Positions 56,380 to 64,000 of a stretch of DNA of 64,000 nucleotides are shown here, in pieces. The notes under the pieces are model-generated. The model ran no database searches and had not been told where the DNA came from. It worked only from the letters and a program-made list of their open reading frames with translations. The first letter of the stretch is position 1. Each line of letters begins with the position of its first letter. Source of the DNA: an uncultured bacterium (GTDB taxonomy: Bacteria > Krumholzibacteriota > Krumholzibacteriia > Krumholzibacteriales > Krumholzibacteriaceae). The stretch spans positions 448,001-512,000 of the forward strand of contig CAWFAD010000016.1 in assembly GCA_963813815.1 (NCBI GenBank), read 5' to 3'. The translations under genes were made by a program, and so were the position numbers.

Positions 56380-57501
56380 ATGTTCTCCATGAACCTGCGG
56401 TTGTTTCGCCTCATGTCGATCCCGGTCGAGATCAACCTGAGCTGGCTCTTCGTGCTCGCGCTCATGACGTGGACCTTCGCGACCGGCTTCTACGCGGACG
56501 CGCTTCCCGACGGCAGCAGGCTCGAGCTCTGGGGGCTCGGTTTCATCACGGCGATTCTGGTGTTTGTCTCGATCCTGCTCCACGAGTTCAGCCATTCGAT
56601 CGTCGCCTCCCGCAACGGTCTTCCGATACGCAAGATCACGCTCTTTCTCTTCGGCGGCGTCGCCCAGATGGAGCGCGACGTCGATAACCCGACGGTCGAG
56701 CTCAAGATGGCGGCGGCCGGCCCGGCGATGTCGGTCGTGCTGGCGGCTCTGTTCTTCGCGCTCTCGAGGATCTTCTCGCAACACCGTCTCGTGTACGTCC
56801 TCATGAACAATCTCGCCTACGTCAATCTCCTCGTGCTCGGATTCAACATGGTGCCGGGTTTTCCGCTCGACGGCGGCAGGATACTCCGCGCCGCGATCTG
56901 GCGCGCGACGGGAAACGTGCAGAAGGCGACGCGCATCGCGAGCCGGATCGGCGGCGCGTTCGCGATCGTGCTCATCGTCTACGGCGTGATCAATCTCTTC
57001 GGCGGCGTCATTATCGGCGGACTCTGGCTCATCTTCATCGGTTTTTTCCTGCGCCAGGCGGCGCAATCGGGATATCTGCTCGTGACCTTCAAGCAAACGC
57101 TCGGGCACCTGCGGGTCTCCGACGTCATGCGCTCGCCGGTCGTGACGGTGGACGCCTCGGAGAGTCTGCGTCGCCTCGTCGACGACTACGTTCTCCGGTA
57201 CCACTACGCGTCGTTTCCGGTGATCGAGGGAGGACGGCTCGCGGGCATGGTCTCGCTCAAGGACGTCAAGCGGGTCGACATGTCGGCGTGGGGCGAGGCG
57301 AGCGCGGGGGAGATCGCGGATCGCGGGATCGTGCCGTACGCGCTCAGCCCGGAGCAGCCGGCCGAGGCGCTCGTCGGCCTCATGATGAAAAAAGGATACG
57401 GCCGGCTGCCGGTCGTGGACGGCGAGGGCAGGGTGGTCGGGATCGTATCGAGGCGCGACCTGATGGAAACGATCAAGATGATGGCGTATCTCGAGGAGTA
57501 G
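56380..57501 (+). CDS. Site-2 protease (M50) with tandem CBS domains
   Basis: HEFSH, AGP, FNMVPGFPLDGG, CBS pair. Confidence 0.92.
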   Translation: MFSMNLRLFRLMSIPVEINLSWLFVLALMTWTFATGFYADALPDGSRLELWGLGFITAILVFVSILLHEFSHSIVASRNGLPIRKITLFLFGGVAQMERDVDNPTVELKMAAAGPAMSVVLAALFFALSRIFSQHRLVYVLMNNLAYVNLLVLGFNMVPGFPLDGGRILRAAIWRATGNVQKATRIASRIGGAFAIVLIVYGVINLFGGVIIGGLWLIFIGFFLRQAAQSGYLLVTFKQTLGHLRVSDVMRSPVVTVDASESLRRLVDDYVLRYHYASFPVIEGGRLAGMVSLKDVKRVDMSAWGEASAGEIADRGIVPYALSPEQPAEALVGLMMKKGYGRLPVVDGEGRVVGIVSRRDLMETIKMMAYLEE

Positions 57502-57502
57502 C

Positions 57503-57703
57503 TCAGGCCTCCTTTTCTTCCTCCATATCCTCGAAGTCCTCGAACTCGTCGGTCTCGGCGGGCTCTTCGATCTCGTCCTCGAGGATCGAGTTGTATGCTC
57601 CGTACTTCTTTACTTTCTTGTCGCTGTCGTCCTGAAGCTTGCGTTTGGGATCCGGTTCCGGACGATGGTTCCGCTTCTTCTTCGGCATGGGCCTGCGCTT
57701 CAA
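57503..57703 (-). CDS. Small protein with basic N-terminus and acidic C-terminus
   Basis: AAAGGAG RBS; extended -10 TGcTATACT upstream; alternative ATG start at 57688. Confidence 0.55.
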   Translation of the reverse strand: MKRRPMPKKKRNHRPEPDPKRKLQDDSDKKVKKYGAYNSILEDEIEEPAETDEFEDFEDMEEEKEA

Positions 57704-57955
57704 AGTAAGGTCGCTCCTTTCCAGATGAAGCCGTTATGCCTTCGCTACCGATTGAAACCGCCTGCCATAAGTATAGCAAAAACGATTTCCATTTTCACCA
57801 GTCTGCAAAAACCGTGACAATTCGGCGGGGGAGACGGTTCGGGGGAGCTGCGAAGGAGGAGGGCCGCTCGGGGGCGGCCCTCCAACCTCTTGATTCATAG
57901 TCGATTCCGCGCTTCGCGGAGCGTTCCGGAAAAGGCCGGCCGCGCGGCGCGGCGC

Positions 57956-58729
57956 TCATTGCGCCGGCGGGCGGTTTTCCTCGAATACGGCGTCTTCGAT
58001 CGCTTCGTCGAACGCCACCGTGCTCCAGACGAACTCCTCCGCCTTGCGTCCCTCGGCGTACACCGTGACGTGAAAGGGGACGAGGCGGCCGCCGACGGCG
58101 CGGTAATCCTCGAGGAGATACACCCGGTTCGCCTTGCGCTCGACGCGGCGCGCGGGAACGTAGGTCCGCTCGTTCACGTCCCAGAGGATGGTGTCTCCCT
58201 CATGGACGCACCCGGCGCGCAGGAGCCCGGTCCCCGAAAGAAGCGAATCGCCGGGAACCACGGGGACCGTGAAGAACGTGTCGCAGGAGGCGAGGTAGTA
58301 CGCGACGCCGTCGACGCGATCCAGGAGATTCTTCAAGTTCGCCGCGACGTTCGCGCTTCGCCCGGCGTTGAGGTTGACCACGTACCACGCGTCCCCGCCG
58401 TTGCCGTAGTACATGCGGTAGAACGGGTGATCGTACGCGCTGTTGTCCTGATCGATCTTGACCTTGTCGGGCTTCTTGACGGCGCGCGCGTAATCGGCCT
58501 TGAGGGTTCCCCACCCGGGCGTGTCCCAGGCGATGTGGAGCCCTTTCTCGACGCGGGTCGTCCAGCTCCTGTCCTCGCCGAGCGCTTTCGACGTCCTTTC
58601 GAGCATGGACCTGGCGTCGTCCTCCGCGGCCCCCGGCGCGGAAAAGGCGCCGAGCAGCAGAAGCGAGGCGGCGAGGACGGCGGCGGGCCGCATTCGTTCA
58701 TGGATCGCGTTCATCGCATCATCCTCCAT
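57956..58729 (-). CDS. Secreted LolA-like/outer-membrane sorting-type hypothetical protein
   Basis: Signal peptide; KKPDKVKID, DYRAVGGRLVPF, AIEDAVF motifs; start uncertain. Confidence 0.6.
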   Translation of the reverse strand: MEDDAMNAIHERMRPAAVLAASLLLLGAFSAPGAAEDDARSMLERTSKALGEDRSWTTRVEKGLHIAWDTPGWGTLKADYARAVKKPDKVKIDQDNSAYDHPFYRMYYGNGGDAWYVVNLNAGRSANVAANLKNLLDRVDGVAYYLASCDTFFTVPVVPGDSLLSGTGLLRAGCVHEGDTILWDVNERTYVPARRVERKANRVYLLEDYRAVGGRLVPFHVTVYAEGRKAEEFVWSTVAFDEAIEDAVFEENRPPAQ

Positions 58730-58732
58730 CCG

Positions 58733-59971
58733 TCAGACCGTGAGCTCGCGGTGCGCCTCGACGAGCTTCGAGCGGATCGCGAGACCGTGCGGGCACGTCC
58801 CGTCGCAGGGCGCGGCGCAGCGGGCGCAGAGGGCGGCGCTGCGATCGGCCGGGAGCTTGCGGTAGAGCGAAATCGCCCGTTTCTCTTCGCCGTAGCTGTG
58901 GAAGTAGAGACGGTAGCGCAAAATCTCCGCGATCGGCACCTCCCGGGGACACACCGCGAGGCAGCTCGAGCATCCCGGACGGCAATAGTCGCGGTCGAGG
59001 AGCATGCCGTATCCCTCGAGCGCCTTTCGCTCCTCGGGGGTGAGCTCCGGCGCGCCCGAGGCCGCGACGTATTCGTCGACCTGCTCGATGCTCCGCATGG
59101 TGAGACAGACGGTGTCGAGATCCTCGTGAGCGAGCATCCATTTGATGACCGCCTGGCGGACGGTGGCGCCGTTCTTGGCGAAGGGTTGGTAGTCTATCTT
59201 TCGCGCCGCCGACAGGCTCTTCATCGCGACGACCGCCACGCCCTTTTTCTTGGCCCTCGCGAGGACGGGCTCGAGCCCCTTCGTCATGAAGTTCATGCCG
59301 GGCATGATCATGTCGATCGAGGTGTTGTCGACGAGCCATGCGAAATCCTCGACCATGCGCGGACCGTGCGAGCTCGCGCCCCAGCCGCGGATCTTTCCCG
59401 CCTGCTTCGCCTTTTCGAGCGCGGCGAGGACGTTCTGGTTCTCGATCTTTTTCGGGTCGGAGAGCTTCGGATCTTCCCCGACCGAATGGACGAGCATGCA
59501 GTCGATGTAATCGGTGTTGAGCCGCGCGAGGCTCTCGTCGATGCCCGTCATGACCTCGTCGGCGGTCGTGGAGGCCGTGACGAGCTCGGGGAGGAGCTTC
59601 GAGGTGACGAAGAGCTTGTCGCGCTTCGCGGGAAAGATCTTCCCGACGACGACCTCCATGTCGTAGTACTGCCGGGCCGTGTCGACGTAGTTGATGCCCC
59701 GTTCCATCGCGTATTCGAGGAGCGAGGGCTCCTGCATCCCGGCGTTTCCGAAGGAAACGTCCGAGACCTTCCAGCCAGTGCGCCCGAGGGCGCGGTACTC
59801 CTTGATCGCCGGCTTCGCCGCCGGCCCCGAAGCGGGATCCGACTGCGGGACGCCCGGAATCCCGGCGCGGAGGTTCTTCGCCGCGGCCAGCCCGAGGCCG
59901 GCCCCGGCGATCGAGGCGATGCTCCGCCCGATGAAGGAGCGTCGCGAGATAGGGCTCTTCGTGTCGCTCAT
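58733..59971 (-). CDS. Tat-signal aldo/keto reductase with C-terminal 4Fe-4S
   Basis: SRRSFIG; YRALGRTG, GINYVDTA, GASSH, AMK; CRPGCSSCLAVCP, CARCAAPCDGTCP. Confidence 0.88.
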   Translation of the reverse strand: MSDTKSPISRRSFIGRSIASIAGAGLGLAAAKNLRAGIPGVPQSDPASGPAAKPAIKEYRALGRTGWKVSDVSFGNAGMQEPSLLEYAMERGINYVDTARQYYDMEVVVGKIFPAKRDKLFVTSKLLPELVTASTTADEVMTGIDESLARLNTDYIDCMLVHSVGEDPKLSDPKKIENQNVLAALEKAKQAGKIRGWGASSHGPRMVEDFAWLVDNTSIDMIMPGMNFMTKGLEPVLARAKKKGVAVVAMKSLSAARKIDYQPFAKNGATVRQAVIKWMLAHEDLDTVCLTMRSIEQVDEYVAASGAPELTPEERKALEGYGMLLDRDYCRPGCSSCLAVCPREVPIAEILRYRLYFHSYGEEKRAISLYRKLPADRSAALCARCAAPCDGTCPHGLAIRSKLVEAHRELTV

Positions 59972-60001
59972 GTGCACCTTCCTTTGGGTTTCGTGCCGCG
60001 C

Positions 60002-62092
60002 CTATTCCGCGTCGAGCTCGAGTCCGTAGCGGTCGCTGATATCGATCGGCGGCATCGGGCCGTCGAGCGGTTTCGCGTCGCGCACGTACCAGTCGAACCA
60101 GTCGAGCTGCCGGTAGAGGACGTCCGCGCGCCCGGGCTGCTTCGCGTTGCCGTGTCCTTCGCCCGGGTATTGGACGAGCCTCACCGCCGGATGATCGTTC
60201 ATCTTGAGAAGGCGGTAGAACTCGATGCTCTGCCCCGGATGGACGCGCGGATCGGCGGAGCCGCCGACGATGAGCACGGCCGTTTCGCTCTGACGCGCCC
60301 AGTAGATGGGGCTCCGCTCGAGGCTCTGCCGCCACATTTCCTCGAGCGGCTTGCCGGAGTGGACGTACAGCTCCTCGTAGGGGATGTCGGTCGTGAGACG
60401 TTTGCTCGTGAGATCGCTGATGCCGACGAACATACAGACCGCACGCACCTTCTTCGTGTAGTAGGACGCGAACCAGGCCGCCGCGTATCCGCCGTAGGAG
60501 CCGCCGGTGAGCCCGACGCGCGCGGGATCGACGACGCCGAGCGAGACGAGGTGATCGATCCCGTCCGCGATGTCGTCGAACTCCTTTCCCGCCGCATCGT
60601 TATACCCCGCGAGCGCGAAATCGAGCCCGTATCCGGTGCTCGCGCGGTAGTTCGGCAGGAGCACGGCGTACCCCGCGCCGGCGAACACCTGCGCGGGGGT
60701 GCCGTAGGAGCTCACCCATCCGTTCGAGTAATGCGACTCGGGTCCGCCGTGGACGATCACGATGAGGGGATAGCGCGTGCCGGTCTCGAAGCCGGCGGGA
60801 TGGATGAGGATTCCCTCGATCTCGAGCCCGTCGCGCGCCTTCCAGCGGATGACCTCCTGCGCGCCGAAATCGCGTTCGGCGAACGCGGCGTTCACGGCGG
60901 TGAGCCGCTTCGGCTGCTTCGCCTTGCCGTCCCAGACGTAGACCTCGCCCGGGCTCCGCGGCGTGGATCCCGTGAAGGCGAACCGCTTGAAATCCTTCGT
61001 GAAGCTCGGCGCGTCGAATATCACGCCCGCGGTCCTCGCGTCGAGGATGACGGAGCGCTTTCCGCCCTTCGCGGCGACGAGGCCGAGCGTCGGGTAGGCG
61101 CCCTCTCCGGCCCGGTACACGACGGTGTTCCCGTCCTTCCAGCCGACCCATTCGACGTGCCCGCGGAAGCCCGGCTCCGTGAGGTTGCTCGTCTTTCCGG
61201 TCTTCGCGTCGACGACGAAGACCTGGCTCTCGGCGTGGTCGCGAAGCTCCTTCGCGGCGTTGTAGACGATCATCGAACCGTCCGGGCTCCACGCGAAGCC
61301 GCCGAGCTTGCCGGGATTCGTCGAGAGCTGTTTCATATCCTTCGTCGCGGCGTCGATGAGCCAGATCTTCTGGAACATGTATTCGTGATCGACGAGGTTC
61401 TTCGGCGAGATGCCCGCCGCTATCGTCGCGCCGTCGGGGCTCCACTCGAAATTCCACACGGAGCACCCCTCGGTGAGGGCCCGCGCCTCGCCCGCTCCGC
61501 CGCCCTCGACGAGGTCGAGCACGTAGAGGTTTCGATTCTTGAGGCTCTCCTCGAAGTAGGTGAAGCCGTAGCCCTTCTCGTCGAGCGCCTTCTCGCGCTT
61601 CGTGTCCGGGTCGGCCGCGACGTACGCGACGCGGCGACCCGCGGGATGCCAGCGGAAGGACGAGACCCCCGACTCGGCCGAGGTCGCCTGCCGCGCCTCG
61701 CCGCCGCCGAGCGGTATGATCCACACCTGCGTTTTCGCCTTCTCGCCCCGTGCCATGAGAAAAGCGATGCTCGATCCGTCGGGGCTCCACTGTGGAGCGC
61801 CCGCGTTGACCTTGCCGGTGACGAAGGGGCGTACCTCGCCCGTCCCGAACGACGCGACGTAGAGCTCGCTGTAGGCGCGCCCCGCCTCCTCCTCCGCCGC
61901 CCGGGGGACGGAGACCGTGTAGGCGATCCATTCGCCCGAAGGGCTCATGGCGGCGGACGCCGGCCGCTTGCCATGGAGGACGTCGTCGGGCGAGACCTTC
62001 GCGCCGGCCGCCTGCGCGGCCGGGCGGGCGAGGAGCAGGAACGTCACGACGAGAGAGAGGACAGGGATGATGCGGCGCTCTGTATTCTGCAT
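60002..62092 (-). CDS. Secreted S9 peptidase
   Basis: Signal peptide, WSPDG repeats, VHGGP, GGSYGG, DPRV, GEGH. Confidence 0.92.
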   Translation of the reverse strand: MQNTERRIIPVLSLVVTFLLLARPAAQAAGAKVSPDDVLHGKRPASAAMSPSGEWIAYTVSVPRAAEEEAGRAYSELYVASFGTGEVRPFVTGKVNAGAPQWSPDGSSIAFLMARGEKAKTQVWIIPLGGGEARQATSAESGVSSFRWHPAGRRVAYVAADPDTKREKALDEKGYGFTYFEESLKNRNLYVLDLVEGGGAGEARALTEGCSVWNFEWSPDGATIAAGISPKNLVDHEYMFQKIWLIDAATKDMKQLSTNPGKLGGFAWSPDGSMIVYNAAKELRDHAESQVFVVDAKTGKTSNLTEPGFRGHVEWVGWKDGNTVVYRAGEGAYPTLGLVAAKGGKRSVILDARTAGVIFDAPSFTKDFKRFAFTGSTPRSPGEVYVWDGKAKQPKRLTAVNAAFAERDFGAQEVIRWKARDGLEIEGILIHPAGFETGTRYPLIVIVHGGPESHYSNGWVSSYGTPAQVFAGAGYAVLLPNYRASTGYGLDFALAGYNDAAGKEFDDIADGIDHLVSLGVVDPARVGLTGGSYGGYAAAWFASYYTKKVRAVCMFVGISDLTSKRLTTDIPYEELYVHSGKPLEEMWRQSLERSPIYWARQSETAVLIVGGSADPRVHPGQSIEFYRLLKMNDHPAVRLVQYPGEGHGNAKQPGRADVLYRQLDWFDWYVRDAKPLDGPMPPIDISDRYGLELDAE

Positions 62093-62123
62093 GCTCATTC
62101 CTCCTGCACGCATGGGACCGGGA

Positions 62124-63596
62124 TCATGCCGCCTGGCCCGACGGCAGCTCGAGCCCGTACTTCTGGCGCTTGTCCGCGCCCCTCAGGAGCAGGGCGAGGA
62201 AAATCGATATGACGCCGAGCACGACGAGCATGAGAATCGGGATCGTGTAGTTGTAGGAAGCGATCTCGCCCGCGGCGCGCATTTCCTCGATTCTCGTCGA
62301 GACCTGCTCGAGAGGCAGCCCCTGGCCGATGAGCTGCTCGCGCGCCGCCTGCGCCTCCGCGATCACCTTCGGGTTCACCACGTCGAGCACCTTGCCGATT
62401 CCCCAGTAAAAGACCGAGAGGCCGTAGTTCTGAATCGTGAACATCGTTGCGTAGGCGGTTCCGAGCTTGTTCTCGGAAACGATCTTCGCGACCGACGGCC
62501 ACATGGCGGCCGGCACGAGCGAGAACGCGACGCCGAGCGCGAAGAGCCCGGTGTAACCGAGGATGACGCTGTCGAGGAGCGAGAGCGTGATGTGCGCGTA
62601 GATGAGAAGGATCGAGCCGAGGATCATGATCGAGGCGGCCCTGCCCTTCTTGTCGACGAGACGGCCGAAGATCGGCGTGAAGAACATCGTTCCGAGCGGA
62701 ATGAGGCCGCTGACCTTGGGTCCGTTGTGGAAGAAGGCGGTGACCTTTTCCCAGAAGGTCATCCCCCCGAGGTCCGGCATTTCGAAGGTGAACCCGAACT
62801 TGTTCACGAGGAGATCGGGCGCGTACTGCAGGAAAGGAAAGACGGCGGAGTAAAAGGCGACGCAGAGCAGCGAGATGTATATGAACGAGTGATCGGTGAG
62901 GAGCCTGCCGAGGTCGCTGAACTTGAACTTCTCCTCGTCGCACGGGGTGCCCTCCGCGGTCATCTCCCGGTCGAGCCTGACGTCGAAGATGAGGTAGACG
63001 AGGAAGAGGATCGTGCCGAAGAGGACGAGCGACGCCGCGGTGATCATGGCGACGCTGATGCTGTTCGAGGACCAGTCGAGGCCGAAGGAGATGGCGAGGT
63101 AGCTCCCGAGCCTCGCCACGAGCAGGTTGAGCCCCATGGCGAAGGCGAGCTCGTGCCCCTTGAACCATTTGACGATCGTTCTGCTCACGAGCACGCACGT
63201 CGTCTCGAGCCCCACCCCGAAAAGAATCCGGCCGATGATCATCGAGGTCATCATCGCCTTCGTCGACGAGCCGAAGAAGCCCTTGCTACCGAGGGCGACG
63301 ATGAAGGCGCCGATCGTGGCGATGAGGGCGAGCGCCATGCCGGTTTTCCGGATGCCCCAGCGGTCGAGCGCCATGCCGCCGAGGATGATCATGAGGGCGA
63401 GATTCGCCCACGTGGTCGAGCTCACGAGGAGCCCGTACTGAGAGCTCGTGAGGCCGAGCTGGCTCTCGAAGAGCCCCTTGAGCGGGCTCAGCACGTCCTG
63501 GAACCAGTACGTCCCGAACATGAGGACGCTGATCATGAAGAGAACGCTGAATCGGAGCGCAGCGGAATCCCTAAGCAGCCGTTTCGCCTGTTCCAT
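62124..63596 (-). CDS. MFS transporter (MFSD1-like)
   Basis: GMALDRWGIR, GRILFGVG, KWFKGHELAFAMG, GRLVDKKG; about 12 TM. Confidence 0.9.
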   Translation of the reverse strand: MEQAKRLLRDSAALRFSVLFMISVLMFGTYWFQDVLSPLKGLFESQLGLTSSQYGLLVSSTTWANLALMIILGGMALDRWGIRKTGMALALIATIGAFIVALGSKGFFGSSTKAMMTSMIIGRILFGVGLETTCVLVSRTIVKWFKGHELAFAMGLNLLVARLGSYLAISFGLDWSSNSISVAMITAASLVLFGTILFLVYLIFDVRLDREMTAEGTPCDEEKFKFSDLGRLLTDHSFIYISLLCVAFYSAVFPFLQYAPDLLVNKFGFTFEMPDLGGMTFWEKVTAFFHNGPKVSGLIPLGTMFFTPIFGRLVDKKGRAASIMILGSILLIYAHITLSLLDSVILGYTGLFALGVAFSLVPAAMWPSVAKIVSENKLGTAYATMFTIQNYGLSVFYWGIGKVLDVVNPKVIAEAQAAREQLIGQGLPLEQVSTRIEEMRAAGEIASYNYTIPILMLVVLGVISIFLALLLRGADKRQKYGLELPSGQAA

Positions 63597-63814
63597 GTGT
63601 CCTCCCCTTGAACGACATCGGCACACCGGGGCCGCCCGCGGACGGCCCTCGCCCGCGGCGCCGCGGCCGCCGGTGCGGCGTCCGCGCGCGGGCAGCGCCG
63701 ACTATACCAGAGTCGGGCCGTTTTGATAAGCTTTGACTGCCGGGCGCGCCGCGATGTAGAGTGGTGCGCCGGTACGTGATCCCGAGCCGGACCCTTCGAA
63801 AAGGAGCGTCTGCG

Positions 63815-64000
63815 ATGGCCGATGAATCGAGAAAGCTACATCCCGGCGCGTTCCGGGAGCTCGAGCCCGGTGAAACCTACGAGCCGATCGTGCCCGCGTC
63901 CGTTTCGACCTTCGAGGTGACGGCCCGCGCCGTCTCGATCGGGCTCATCATGGCGGTCATCTTCTCGCTCGCCTCGGCGTATCTCGCGCTCAAGGCGGGG
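63815..64000 (+). CDS. OPT-family oligopeptide transporter (5' fragment)
   Basis: MADESRKLHPGAFRELEPGETYEPIVP..EVTARAVSIG..FSLASAYLALKAG; AAGGAG RBS. Confidence 0.8.
   Translation, partial: MADESRKLHPGAFRELEPGETYEPIVPASVSTFEVTARAVSIGLIMAVIFSLASAYLALKAG

Noticed and set aside
57890..62212. 1440-aa plus-strand ORF, and similar long ORFs such as 30262-34002 and 162-1502
   Set aside because: Antisense shadows of well-supported genes; expected in high-GC DNA; no recognisable motifs.
1..64000. CRISPR arrays, IS elements, prophage, rRNA/tRNA
   Set aside because: No spaced direct repeats, transposase/integrase motifs or structural RNA signatures seen by eye; a covariance-model scan was not possible.

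Overview
High-GC bacterial chromosomal window with about 50 genes. Gene content suggests an anaerobic, peptide-fermenting diderm such as Ca. Krumholzibacteriota/Latescibacterota; this taxonomy is inferred, not shown. I found no rRNA, tRNA, CRISPR array or mobile element. Main content: secreted and lipoproteins, a frameshifted hutH, LemA/HtpX, aminopeptidase, RluA, a PurF lacking Cys1, Def, two S9 peptidases, and a carbamoyltransferase-SxtJ pair whose SxtK/DUF5989 partner lies 15.5 kb away. It also holds a two-subunit ADP-forming acyl-CoA synthetase, an Stn/Bfu-type NuoE-NuoF-(GltD+NuoG-like) flavoenzyme operon wrapped in unusual signalling genes, a YtrA-type GntR with a tandem operator, an output-less HAMP sensor, a sigma54-type SPFH/zinc-ribbon operon and peptide transporters. 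Best candidate for a new system (52975-56339): a CE4 deacetylase, then a PaaK/CapK-like adenylating ligase fused to a PanD-like domain, then a stand-alone PanD. The two PanD copies have lost reciprocal sets of catalytic residues, which suggests an obligate heteromeric pyruvoyl decarboxylase tethered to a ligase.
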